This document shows positions 50,987-61,500 of a stretch of DNA of 64,000 bases, piece by piece. Position numbers and translations under genes: made by a program. The notes beneath the pieces were generated by a model. The model was not told the DNA's origin and did not search any database. It saw only the letters and a program-made list of their open reading frames with translations. How positions within the stretch are numbered: the first letter of the stretch is position 1; every line of letters starts with the position of its first letter. Origin of the DNA: Gemmatimonadota bacterium (GTDB lineage Bacteria > Gemmatimonadota > Gemmatimonadetes > Gemmatimonadales > GWC2-71-9); contig JAJCZX010000014.1 in NCBI GenBank assembly GCA_029262195.1, forward strand, positions 80,438 through 144,437. Direction: 5' to 3'.

Positions 50987-51011
50987 CCTCCGGCGAGCGT
51001 CCCCAGTCCAA
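50982..51011 (+). promoter_or_regulatory. ECF-type promoter of the downstream secreted protein
   Basis: TGTAACC-N11-TCCCC-A-GTCCAA. Confidence 0.7.
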
Positions 51012-51034
51012 AGTGAAACTAACAGGACTGGAAG

Positions 51035-51658
51035 ATGAGAAAGACATTTGCGACCCTTGGCATTTTCGGGTTTGTCGCCACTACGGCACCCGCCGGACTG
51101 GTGGCCCAGACGGAATTATCTGAAACACAAGAAATCGCGTTGGCGGTCAGCGCAGCCCCCTCCAATTTGTCGGATGATGCTACCGTGCTGGTACTCGACG
51201 GTAACCGCTACCGAGTCGCCCGTGAGGGCAGCAACGGTGTCACCTGCATGGTGTCCCGCTCCAGGCCTCTTTCGATGGAGCCGATTTGCTACGATCCGGA
51301 AGCCTCGCGTACGATCCTCGAAATAGAAAAGAGGCGAGTTGAGTTGAGGCTTGATGGCCTCAGCCCGGAGGAAATCGAATCCCGTGAACGAGCAGCCATC
51401 GATTCCGGCGAGATCACTCTCCCTGAGGGACCGGCCATGGCCTACATGATGTCGGCCAATCAGGTGCTTTACGCCGACGATACAACTCTAGTCGGGTCGT
51501 GGAACCCGCACATGCATGTTTACTCGCCTTACGCCACTCCGATCAAGCACGGCATTTCGGGGAGTCCATCTTTGGAGGCGACGATGGTCGCGGACGAAGG
51601 GGAACCCAACGCGAGCCTGATCATCATTCTGAGAGAATTCACTAGTCGGGAAGAATAA
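51035..51658 (+). CDS. Hypothetical secreted protein, probable ECF target
   Basis: Signal peptide; ALAVSAAP, GSNGVTC, PICYD, AYMMS, PHMH motifs. Confidence 0.75.
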   Translation: MRKTFATLGIFGFVATTAPAGLVAQTELSETQEIALAVSAAPSNLSDDATVLVLDGNRYRVAREGSNGVTCMVSRSRPLSMEPICYDPEASRTILEIEKRRVELRLDGLSPEEIESRERAAIDSGEITLPEGPAMAYMMSANQVLYADDTTLVGSWNPHMHVYSPYATPIKHGISGSPSLEATMVADEGEPNASLIIILREFTSREE

Positions 51659-51665
51659 AGAACAG

Positions 51666-51703
51666 AACGGGCCCGGTGCCAATAACAATCACCGGGCCCG
51701 TTT
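51666..51703. terminator. Bidirectional terminator between convergent genes
   Basis: AACGGGCCCGGTG...CACCGGGCCCGTT 13-bp stem. Confidence 0.8.
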
Positions 51704-51725
51704 CGCGATAGAATATTTTCGGGGC

Positions 51726-52994
51726 CTAAAGCCTGTCCATCCTCGGGTTAACTACGTTATTAAAAATGGACCCGAACCGGTACGAAATATTGAAGTTCAC
51801 GAAATATCGGAAATCGGTTTCGGTCTGTCGACGCCGTAGAAGCCGGTCTTCATCGCTTATGCCTCCGCCGGGAATGTGGATCTGATCTTTAATTCTGGCG
51901 ATATTGCCAAAAATCCCAAAATCCAAACCGCGGATGATCCGAAAATTAGCGCCCCCTGAAATCTCCAACCGGTGTTTCTCTATGTCATGGAGGAAGGCCG
52001 ATGCCTCAACAGAGACGTTCGCCGATCCCCAAGGCTGGCGCACCTCATAAGCGGCCTCAAGGCTGCTCACTAGACGTGTTTCTGCGTCCCGCAGGAAGAC
52101 CGTTGTCTCTTCGTAGTTCAGGTAGGCCAATCCAATTTTATACAAAAACGTCATCTGCCGTCGGGTGGACTCGGCATACGGAAAAATATTGTATTCCAGT
52201 GCAGGTTCGAAGGACCACCTGAGATCTCGGTTCGTGAATGTTGACTGACTGGCATCAGTAACGAAACCCACAGACCAGTGGTCGGTGATACTATTGATCA
52301 ACTCCACATGTCCAAACGTAAAATTTTTGTCGATGGAAATAATCGATGGGACATCGTTGAGATCGGTACGGTTTCTCGTATAACGACCGCTTCCGAAAAA
52401 GAAAATTTTCCATTCCTCAGTGGTGCGATTCGCGCTGACCGAGCCGTTAATAGAAGCCCGACTCGACTGACTCTGTCCGCTAAAGCTGCCCCCACCCCCG
52501 ATGCGGAAAACCCAGAAGTTCCAGGGATCGGATTCCGGTTGTGCGTTTGCGGCAGCAGCAGCCTCTTCAGAAGGTGGTTCGTATCCTATCGTGATTCTGC
52601 TTGCCAGCGGCGTTCCGACCAGATAGCGCATCAGGCCCATGGTGAACGTCCGAACCATCCCGTCTCTCCGCTCGGTCTCAGTATCGGTCGAACTTGAAGA
52701 GTAGCCCAATGTATCAGCCCGGCCTTCGTACTCCCTCAGTCCCATGAAATGGAACGTGAACTCGAGCCCACCGCCGGTGCCCTGAGTAGTGACCAACACG
52801 TGCACCTGGGCGTCCTGGCGGTCGCGCATGTAATCGACGTAGGGCACGACTCTTCGGAAGTGGTCGAAATCACAAAAAAAATCGCAATCAAGAAAAACCC
52901 TGATCGCGTTTCCATTGGCCTCTTGCGCTTCCGATGTGGAGGCAAGACCTAAAGCACACGCCAACACCATCCCTGTAAATAGTCCGCGTCCCAT
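51726..52994 (-). CDS. Hypothetical outer-membrane beta-barrel-like protein
   Basis: Signal peptide; N-terminal FLDC..C domain; alternating amphipathic strands; C-terminal YRFGSIFNNVVNPR. Confidence 0.7.
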   Translation of the reverse strand: MGRGLFTGMVLACALGLASTSEAQEANGNAIRVFLDCDFFCDFDHFRRVVPYVDYMRDRQDAQVHVLVTTQGTGGGLEFTFHFMGLREYEGRADTLGYSSSSTDTETERRDGMVRTFTMGLMRYLVGTPLASRITIGYEPPSEEAAAAANAQPESDPWNFWVFRIGGGGSFSGQSQSSRASINGSVSANRTTEEWKIFFFGSGRYTRNRTDLNDVPSIISIDKNFTFGHVELINSITDHWSVGFVTDASQSTFTNRDLRWSFEPALEYNIFPYAESTRRQMTFLYKIGLAYLNYEETTVFLRDAETRLVSSLEAAYEVRQPWGSANVSVEASAFLHDIEKHRLEISGGANFRIIRGLDFGIFGNIARIKDQIHIPGGGISDEDRLLRRRQTETDFRYFVNFNISYRFGSIFNNVVNPRMDRL

Positions 52995-53181
52995 TTATTT
53001 CTCACAAAATTTTGTTGTTTATGACGGCCCAGCTGCTCCGGGAGGGTATACCGCCCCCGGGTTGGGAAGGTCCCGAAACCGACAGTATGACACACTCAAA
53101 CTCAAAAAGGTTGCAGAAAGAGGTAGTCCTCACCCACCCCTAACATTAGAGGGCCGTTCCAGCGGATGTTTTTATCGAGTT

Positions 53182-53694
53182 TTAGTTTGCCGGGTCGGTC
53201 TCAGCCTGCAACGTTCTTCCCGCCAGTTGGCTATCCATCAAAAGCAGCGCCGGACCGTCACCACCTACCATTTTTAACTGGGCAACGATATCACCAACCT
53301 GCTTTTCTTCTTCAGCCTGTTCTGAGATGAACCACTGGAGGATGATCTGGGTGGGATACTCGTTTTCCTTCGCCGCCGTTTCATAGAGCGCGTTGATTGA
53401 GGCGGTGATTTCTTTTTCGTGATCGAGAGCAGCTTCCATGATTTCAACCGGCGTACCAAACTCTGAGGGAGGCTTGGCAATCGCTTGTAACTCAACCTGG
53501 CCATCGTTGTCCACAAGAAAGTCGTAGAGCTTGATGGCGTGGGTCAACTCTTCTTCGTATTGGAGTCTCATCCAGTGCGCGAATCCGCCGAGGCTCAGAC
53601 GCTCAAAAAACGCCGCCATCGAGAGATATAAGTAGGCCGAAAAAAATTCTTTCGAGATCTGCTGATTTAGAGCCGTTTCAACAGCGTTTTTCAT
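53182..53694 (-). CDS. ftnA: Ferritin (non-heme)
   Basis: LNQQISKEFFSAYLYLSMA, EELTHA, HEKEIT, LQWFISEQAEEE; ATG at 53694. Confidence 0.92.
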   Translation of the reverse strand: MKNAVETALNQQISKEFFSAYLYLSMAAFFERLSLGGFAHWMRLQYEEELTHAIKLYDFLVDNDGQVELQAIAKPPSEFGTPVEIMEAALDHEKEITASINALYETAAKENEYPTQIILQWFISEQAEEEKQVGDIVAQLKMVGGDGPALLLMDSQLAGRTLQAETDPAN

Positions 53695-53799
53695 GAAAAA
53701 TCTCCGTTTGCTTTCTTGTGTCACAATAATCTAAACGCCCCGGCGAATCCCCGCTCCCGTTTTGCTCTCCCAACCCAAACACGGGTCGATTAACTTTGG

Positions 53800-54960
53800 G
53801 TGATGGAGCTTATCCGAAACGCGAGAGTCTTCGCCCCCAGGCCTCTGGGCATCGTTGACATATTGATAGCTGGCGAGAAAATCGAACTAATTCAACCCGG
53901 GATCGAAATACCTGAATCCCTGCTGAGCCAAACCATCGACCTCGACGGTCGTTCAGTGGTACCCGGACTTATTGAAGGACACGCCCACGTCACGGGCGGA
54001 GGAGGCGAGGCAGGTGCCCGCAGCCGAGTCCCCCGCCAAGTCCTCACCGATTTCACCGCAGCAGGTGTAACCACGGTGGTCGGTTTGCTCGGGACCGATG
54101 ACATCACCCGCTCGACCGAGGAACTCCTGGCCACGACGCGAGCCCTGAACGAAGAGGGCATCACAGCGATGTGTCATACGGGCGGATATCACATACCCCC
54201 CCGAACTCTCACCGGTTCGGTGGCGTCTGATATCGTCAACATTGAAGTTGTGATCGGAATCGGAGAAGTGGCAATCAGTGATCACCGGTCCAGCCAGCCT
54301 ACTCTGGAGGAGTTACTCCGCATCGCATCCCAGGTCCACGTGGCCGGGATGATGACCGAAAAAGCGGGGATAATGCATCTCCATGTCGGAGATGGGCCCG
54401 CTGGATTGGAGTTAATTCGCCGGGCGATCGCAGAATCTGAAATTCCGGCTCGAGTCTTCAACCCGACCCACGTCAACCGCCGCAAACAGCTTTTCGAGGA
54501 GGCGACAGACCTGGCCTCCACCGGGTCTACGGTCGACGTGACCTCTTTTCCGGTTGCGGGGGATGAGGACGCGTGGCCTGCGTGGAAAGCGCTGGAATTG
54601 TACTGGGAAAGAGGCTTACCCACCGACAAAATCACGGTCAGTTCCGACTGCGGAGGCTGCCTTCCTGAATTCGATTCCGAAGGTCGCATTGAGAGTTATG
54701 AGATTGGGGAATCACACAGCCTGGTGCAAACGCTGCAGACCCTGATTGAGAATGGGCATCCCGTGGAAGCGGTATTACCCCCCTTCACCACCAATCAGGC
54801 CAGACTGCTGCGCCGAGAGACAAAAGGCGAATTGAGGGTTGGGGCGGATGCGGACTTGGTTGTAGTCGAGGACCCGTTTAAAATCACCGACGTAATGGCG
54901 CGCGGCCGCTGGCATATCCGCGCTGGTAAACGACAAATAACAGGCACGTTCGAGAAATAA
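53800..54960 (+). CDS. iadA: Isoaspartyl dipeptidase (beta-aspartyl peptidase)
   Basis: PGLIEGHAHVTGGGGE, GVTTVVGLLGTD, GEVAISDHRSSQP, HLHVGDG, PTHVNR, SSDCGG. Confidence 0.93.
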   Translation: MMELIRNARVFAPRPLGIVDILIAGEKIELIQPGIEIPESLLSQTIDLDGRSVVPGLIEGHAHVTGGGGEAGARSRVPRQVLTDFTAAGVTTVVGLLGTDDITRSTEELLATTRALNEEGITAMCHTGGYHIPPRTLTGSVASDIVNIEVVIGIGEVAISDHRSSQPTLEELLRIASQVHVAGMMTEKAGIMHLHVGDGPAGLELIRRAIAESEIPARVFNPTHVNRRKQLFEEATDLASTGSTVDVTSFPVAGDEDAWPAWKALELYWERGLPTDKITVSSDCGGCLPEFDSEGRIESYEIGESHSLVQTLQTLIENGHPVEAVLPPFTTNQARLLRRETKGELRVGADADLVVVEDPFKITDVMARGRWHIRAGKRQITGTFEK

Positions 54961-54963
54961 ATC

Positions 54964-55794
54964 ATGAGTCCCTCTAATGCTGGACATGACGCCCGGGGCC
55001 TGATAATCCCGATTGGCGGAGCTGAAGAAAAATTTCGTGACCCGGTAATACTGAAACGATTCGCAGAAGCCTGCGGCCCTGCGTCAACTATCGCCATCAT
55101 CCCAACTGCATCCCAACTCGAAGACACAGGCGCCCGCTACGTCGAGATCTTCAAAGAACTGGGCATCGCTAACCCGATCTCCCTGGCCTTCAACACGAGA
55201 GAGGACTGTCACAACGAAGCGATGCTCGCCGAGTTGATTACGGCCGCTGGAATCTTCCTTACCGGGGGCAACCAATTGAGACTCTCCACCACGCTTGGTG
55301 GAACACCCGTTGCCCAGGCGATTCGACGCCGCAACGCCGAAGGGGTGCACGTGGCCGGCACCTCCGCAGGCGCAGGTTTCATGTCCGAACATATGATAGC
55401 TTTTGGTGACGAGGGCTACACGCCGCGCGCTAACATGGTCACTCTGTCCCCCGGACTCGGCCTTACCAACAAGATCATCGTCGACCAGCATTTCCACCAA
55501 CGAGAACGTCGCGGTCGTCTGCTGACAACTATTTCCTACAACCCCTTCGCCGTAGGAGTCGGACTCGGAGAGGACACCGCTGCGATCATCGGGCCCGATG
55601 ATACCCTTGAGGTAATCGGATCAGGGGGAGTTACGATCATTGACCCTTCTGGAATCGAATACTCATCGATGGACTCTGCCCATCGCGACGACCCGGTGTG
55701 CATTGTCGGAGCCAAGCTCCACATCCTCGTCGACGGTTGGAGGTACGACCTCGTTACCAAGAAGGCGATTCAGCCTCAGGAGGCGAGAGTCTAG
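54964..55794 (+). CDS. cphB: Cyanophycinase
   Basis: IIPIGGAEEK, IPTAS, TGGNQLRL, GTSAGA (catalytic Ser), DQHF, GEDTA. Confidence 0.93.
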   Translation: MSPSNAGHDARGLIIPIGGAEEKFRDPVILKRFAEACGPASTIAIIPTASQLEDTGARYVEIFKELGIANPISLAFNTREDCHNEAMLAELITAAGIFLTGGNQLRLSTTLGGTPVAQAIRRRNAEGVHVAGTSAGAGFMSEHMIAFGDEGYTPRANMVTLSPGLGLTNKIIVDQHFHQRERRGRLLTTISYNPFAVGVGLGEDTAAIIGPDDTLEVIGSGGVTIIDPSGIEYSSMDSAHRDDPVCIVGAKLHILVDGWRYDLVTKKAIQPQEARV

Positions 55795-55869
55795 ACAGGG
55801 AGCTGGGGGCGGGGAGCGGGGAGAGCACACCCTCTCTCCACTCTTTTCTGCATCCAATCTGCCTCTTGA

Positions 55870-55897
55870 ATATAGTATAATAGCAATTATACTATAT
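55870..55897. promoter_or_regulatory. ArsR-type operator (perfect 12-4-12 inverted repeat) overlapping the promoter
   Basis: ATATAGTATAAT-AGCA-ATTATACTATAT; TTGAAT (55866-71) 16 bp TATACT (55888-93). Confidence 0.8.
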
Positions 55898-55899
55898 CT

Positions 55900-56205
55900 A
55901 TGAAAAAGAGCCCAAAAGTGCGATCGGTGAAACCCGAGGTGCTGGCGCGGGCCGCCGAAATCATCAAGATGCTCGGACATCCGCTACGACTAAAAATCGT
56001 CGAAGTACTGGAGGCCGGAGACTCAACCGTCACCGAAATCCAGAAAACCCTCGACATCCAGCAAGCTATTGTTTCACAACAACTTGCGAAACTCAAAAGC
56101 CTCGATGTGGTTACCTCAAAGAGGGACGGAGTAAACGTTGTTTATTCTCTGGTCGAAGCCAAAGTACCCAGGATTTTAAACTGTATTCGTGAGTGCGACA
56201 CCTAA
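55900..56205 (+). CDS. ArsR/SmtB family repressor
   Basis: KMLGHPLRLKI, VSQQLAKLK, R.G..V.YSL; C-terminal CIREC. Confidence 0.92.
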   Translation: MKKSPKVRSVKPEVLARAAEIIKMLGHPLRLKIVEVLEAGDSTVTEIQKTLDIQQAIVSQQLAKLKSLDVVTSKRDGVNVVYSLVEAKVPRILNCIRECDT

Positions 56206-56229
56206 CGGAGTTTTTTTCGGAACATATAT

Positions 56230-57528
56230 ATGACTATAGCAATAACTTTATTACTTAGTGTCGTGACGGTAGCCGATACCACGACACTCTCTCTTCAACA
56301 GGCCATCAATTTGTTGCGCGAGAGAAATCCAATGATGGCGGCCGAGCAGGCTTCTGCCCGCGCAGCTCGCGCCGGGGTTGGGATGGCGAGCCCGGCCTTC
56401 CTACCATCATTGACGCTGGGCGTCGACGCCGTCCGCACGACAGACCCGGTCGCCGTGTTCGGCATGAAACTGCGCCAGGAAAATTTCCAGGGAGCTGACC
56501 TGGCACTCGACCCACTGAATCGGCCATCTCCCTACGGGGGTTTTTCATTCCAGGCCAACCTCCAGCAACCGATTTTTTCGCCCGAGGGAATCTTCGGGTA
56601 TAGAGCGGCCAGTAGCCAGGCCAGCTCGATGGAGGCGATGGCACGCCACGTCGGCGGCGTCGTGGTTAGCAATCTCGTGCGTGCGTACTGGGGCACCAAA
56701 CTGTCGGATGCGAACGTCGCAATGTTGGAATCAGCACACGCAACCGCCCTCGCTCACGCTGAACAAGCCGATGCCCTGCACCAGGAGGGCCTCACCACAG
56801 GGCTAGATGCCCGGCTCGCCCGGGTTGGAGCGGCAGACATTGAAGCCCGGTTGATCTCGGCCCGTGCCAACGCCATGAACGCCCGTTCGACGCTTTTGGC
56901 CATGTTAGATCTGCCCGGTTCAACTCATTTGAATCTTTCGGATCCACTCAACGTGGAGCAACAATCTTCCTGCGAGGTCGGATCCTGCGAATTGAGACGA
57001 GCTGACATTGAAGCCGCTCAAGCGGCCGTCGACGCATCTGGTTTCGCAGTCAAACAGGCGTGGTCAACCAATCTCCCCGCGGTGGTGGCATTCGCCAATG
57101 TCGCTACCTACGGTCAGAACGGTTTCTCTGGCAGTGGAGATTGGACGGTGGGCATTGCAGTGAAATGGAACCCGTTCCGCGGTACTGCGGGCACTTCCGC
57201 AATTGGCCAGGCACGGGCGGTGAGAGATGTCCATCGAGAACGGCTCCGTGCGCTAACTGCCCAGAGTCAGATGGCAATCACCGCAGCCGAGCGCCTGTTG
57301 GAAGCCAACCGCCAACGGCACCGAGTCGCCCGGGCTGCGTTGGTCGAAGCCAATGAAGCCCTCGCCCAGGCAACACTCCGTTATTCGACTGGAGTCTCTG
57401 CCATCACTGAACTGTTGGATGTCCAAACGGCTCGCAATGCCGCAGAACTAAACCTCCTCACAGCCGTGCACGACGTTTTGGTGGCACGCGCGAACATCGA
57501 CTTTGCCTACGGAGTATTTGATCAATGA
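56230..57528 (+). CDS. TolC family outer-membrane efflux protein
   Basis: LSLQQAI, helical repeats, RYSTGVSAITELLDVQ. Confidence 0.9.
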   Translation: MTIAITLLLSVVTVADTTTLSLQQAINLLRERNPMMAAEQASARAARAGVGMASPAFLPSLTLGVDAVRTTDPVAVFGMKLRQENFQGADLALDPLNRPSPYGGFSFQANLQQPIFSPEGIFGYRAASSQASSMEAMARHVGGVVVSNLVRAYWGTKLSDANVAMLESAHATALAHAEQADALHQEGLTTGLDARLARVGAADIEARLISARANAMNARSTLLAMLDLPGSTHLNLSDPLNVEQQSSCEVGSCELRRADIEAAQAAVDASGFAVKQAWSTNLPAVVAFANVATYGQNGFSGSGDWTVGIAVKWNPFRGTAGTSAIGQARAVRDVHRERLRALTAQSQMAITAAERLLEANRQRHRVARAALVEANEALAQATLRYSTGVSAITELLDVQTARNAAELNLLTAVHDVLVARANIDFAYGVFDQ

Positions 57529-58535
57529 CGTACCCACGATTGTTGTTATCCCTTTCCCTGATCACCTGGGCCTGTGGCGGTCAAGTCGAAACCGAGCCTC
57601 AACACTCAGCCGAACAGCCCGTCGTCGGACAGGTCATAGCACTGGAAGAGATTACAACCGCAGTCCCCTCCCCAGGTACAGTCAGAGCACACCGAAGGGC
57701 GGAGATAGCCACCCGATTGATGGCGCGCGTCAGCGAGATAAGAGTGGACGTAGGCTCTCAGGTGCGGACAGGACAATTGCTCGCGGTGCTCGGCAGTGAA
57801 GACCTTGCAGCGAGTCGAGCGCTGGCGGAGGCAGCGGTAACCGTGGCCGAAGCTGCCCGAGAAGAAGCCGAGCGACAGTCCGTCAGGATGGACACTTTGC
57901 TGGCCCGCGATGCTGTCCCGATGGTGCAGCGAGATGGGGCGAAGCTGGCGTTAGTCCAGGCAGAATCAAATTACGCCGCGGCGAGGGCGGCATTGGCTCA
58001 GGTCGAGTCGCAGGCCAGCTATTCGGAGTTGGCCGCTCCTTTCCCCGGCAGAGTCGTCGAGCGATTCGCAGATCCGGGTGATCTGGCAAACCCGGGAATG
58101 CCATTGCTGGTCGTTGAAGACATGTCCCGCGAGGGCGTGGTCCATGTACCCGTCGAGATAGCGACTTCCCTCCGCACCGGCACCCAGGTGGCGGTTAGTG
58201 CCGGCTCCGCACGAATGACCACGGTACCGATCGCCAGGGTGGCCTCCGGAGCCGACCCGGCTACGAGAACCGTAGCAATCCATTTCGATCTTCCCGAAGA
58301 TTGGCCAACAGGAGCCGACATCACCGCATTGATTCCCCGGGGAACGCACTTTGGCATCGCAATCCCTTCTAATTCAATCGTACGTCGCGGCCAGTTAACG
58401 GGAGTGAGAATTTCGACTTCGTCCGGGGTTCAACTCCGCTGGATTCGCCTGGGCAGGTCCTTTACCGGGGCGGACGGCATTGTTCGTTTCGAAGTCCTGA
58501 GCGGTCTTGTTGCAGGTGAAAGGATCACCGAATGA
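57525..58535 (+). CDS. RND efflux membrane fusion protein (lipoprotein)
   Basis: Lipobox-like ITWAC; lipoyl half-motifs, APFPG, DPATRT, LSGL..GE. Confidence 0.9.
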   Translation: MTYPRLLLSLSLITWACGGQVETEPQHSAEQPVVGQVIALEEITTAVPSPGTVRAHRRAEIATRLMARVSEIRVDVGSQVRTGQLLAVLGSEDLAASRALAEAAVTVAEAAREEAERQSVRMDTLLARDAVPMVQRDGAKLALVQAESNYAAARAALAQVESQASYSELAAPFPGRVVERFADPGDLANPGMPLLVVEDMSREGVVHVPVEIATSLRTGTQVAVSAGSARMTTVPIARVASGADPATRTVAIHFDLPEDWPTGADITALIPRGTHFGIAIPSNSIVRRGQLTGVRISTSSGVQLRWIRLGRSFTGADGIVRFEVLSGLVAGERITE

Positions 58536-61500
58536 AGACAGGCGTCTCCGGGGCGATAGCACGGAAGTTCCTCCATTCGAAGTTAACCCCGCTGCTAACC
58601 GTCGCGTCCATTTTTGCTGGAATCGCGGGTCTGGCGACCACGCCGCGGGAAGAAGAGCCGCAAATCCGCGTGCCCATGATCGACGTGGCGGTGGGGTTTG
58701 TCGGGGCCACACCCAGAGAAGTAGAACGCAGAATCGTCGAACCACTGGAACGTCTCATCTGGGAGGTTCCGGGAGTGGAATACGTTTACTCCGCGAGTTA
58801 CGCCGACGGTGCCTTGGTTACAGCCCGGTACGAGGTCGGCACGGAACCTGAGGCGGCGGTTACCCGTATGTGGAGCAAGATCTTTGCCAACGTTGACAAG
58901 ATCCCCCCGGGCGCCACACAACCCTTTATCTCACTCCACGGAATAAACGAAGTACCCATCCTCACCATCACTCTATCAGGCGGCTCGGATGCCGGTGATG
59001 GATACCTTCTGCGCCAACAGGCAGGGGAACTGGTTCGAGAGCTCAAACGCATCCCAAACATCGCCGAGACCTGGGTGATCGGCGGAGCCCCGAGGGAATT
59101 GACGGTCACTCTGAACCCGCAGGCGCTAGCAGTGCGCGGTCTGTCGGCCGGCGCAGTAGCAGGGGTGATAACCTCGTCAAACGACGAATTCCCCGGCGGC
59201 GACGTTGTCAACGCGAATACCAACGTCCCCTTCAGACTCGGGAACCTGATTAGAAATCGGGAACAGGTTGAACAACTTGTCATAGGCATTTCGGGGGACC
59301 GTCCGATTTTACTAAGCGACGTTGCTGAAGTGCGCGACGGTCCAGCTGAGCCGGTGGCCTATGTTGAGTTCCTTTCTGGCGGTACAGAAGGCGAATTCGA
59401 ACCGGCCGTCACCATCGCGGTCGCGAAACGGGAGGGCACCAACGCAGCAACCCTTGCCCACCAGGTTGAAGAGCGCCTCCACACCCTGACCGGAAGCGTG
59501 ATCTCCAACGACGTTAACGTCACCATTACTCGTGACTACGGAGAAACCGCTACCGAAAAATCCCGAGAGCTTCTGCTCCACATCATGATTGCGACTTTCG
59601 GTGTGGTACTGCTCGTATGGCTGGCCCTGGGTTGGAGGGAGGCTGTGGTGGTTCTAGTTGCAGTTCCGGTGACTCTGGCCCTGACCCTTCTGGTCTACCG
59701 CCTGTACGGTTACACACTCAACCGGATCACTCTCTTCGCGCTGGTTTTCGCGATCGGAATTCTCGTTGACGATGCCATCGTGGTTGTGGAAAACATTGCA
59801 CGACACATTCGAACGGGTAAAAACACCCTCGTGGAAGCAGCCGTCCTTGGAGTCGACGAGGTCGGAAACCCGACCATCCTCGCGACACTCACGGTGATCG
59901 CGGCGATCCTGCCCATGGCTTTCGTTTCCGGCCTTATGGGGCCGTATATGAGACCCATCCCGGTGGGTGCTTCCGTGGCGATGGTTTTCTCGCTGGCCGT
60001 GGCGTTTGTCGTGACCCCCTATCTGGCAGTGCGCCTCATCAAGGAAAAAACACCGACGGGTTCCAACCATGAAGGACTACCCGACGGAAGACTGGCTCGA
60101 AGGTACCGCCAGTTTTTCGAATCGCTGGTCGATTCTTCTGGGAAACGGACCTTCGTTTATGCAGTCATGGTCGTGATGTTGCTCGGAGCGGTCCTGCTTG
60201 TACCCGCCAGGCTCGTAACAGTGAAGATGTTGCCGTTCGACAACAAAAGTGAGTTCCAGTTGATCATCGACATGCCCGAGAGTACAACCCTGGAGCGAAC
60301 CGCCGAAGTTACCAAAACACTCGCGCTCGCTGTAGTCAACGATGAGGCGATTAGCAACATTCAGACATATGTTGGCACCGCCGCGCCATTCAACTTCAAC
60401 GGATTGGTGCGACACTACTTCCTGCGAAAAGGCCCGACGGTTGCTGACATTCAGGTAAACCTTTACCCCAAAGACGAACGCGATGCCAGCAGCCACGAAA
60501 TCGCGCTGAGGCTCCGCCCAATCATCGACTCAATAGCATCCGCGAACGGAGCGAGTGTCAAGTTAGCCGAGATTCCGCCGGGACCGCCGGTACTCGCGAC
60601 TCTTACTGCTGAAGTCTATGGGCCGACACCCCAGGCCCGCATGTCGTTGGCCCGCGGTTTGAAATCTGTTTTCGAAGGGACCGAAGGCGTAGTGGACGTG
60701 GACTGGAGCGTTGAGAGCAGCCACGATCAACTTCGTGCCGTCATCGGTCAGGCAGAATTGGCTCGGGCCGGGTCCTCAACCGAAGAAGCCGTCGGCGCGT
60801 TGGTCGCGGGTCTTGGCGGATTCACCGCCGGTCTGCTCCACGATGACGAGGCGGCTGAAGATATACCGATCCGACTGAGGATGTCCGATGCAGCGTCCGG
60901 TTCCGAGGAAGAGCTTTCCGCTTTGCCGCTGAGCACACCCGGCGGAGCACGGCTCCTGGGGACGTTCTCCAGCTTCCAGCGGGAAACGGCCCCCCAACCG
61001 ATCTTCCACAAAAACCTCCGACCGGTCATCTACGTCACAGCCGATGTGGCGGGCGCCCTTGAGAGCCCGGCCTACGCCATGATCGAGATGACAGAGGCGA
61101 TTGAGGCCTTAGACGGGGGTACCGAGGTGTACTGGGCCTCATCACCAACCGTGACAGAAGATGCGTTTGTGGTATGGGACGGTGAGTGGCAAATAACCTA
61201 TGAGGTGTTTCGAGACCTGGGAATCGCATTCGCCGCAGTGCTGGTGCTGATCTATTTCCTGGTGGTAGCCTGGTTTCAGTCGTTTTCAATTCCGCTGGTG
61301 ATCATGGCGCCGATTCCACTTACGCTGGTCGGTATTCTGCCGGCACACGCTCTTACAGGAGCGTTCTTCACCGCGACATCCATGATCGGGATGATCGCAC
61401 TGGCAGGAATCATCGTGCGCAACTCGATCCTGCTGGTTGATTTTATTGAGTTGGGCCTCGAAAATGGCGCTACCCTCAAAGAGGCAGTGGTGGCATCGGG

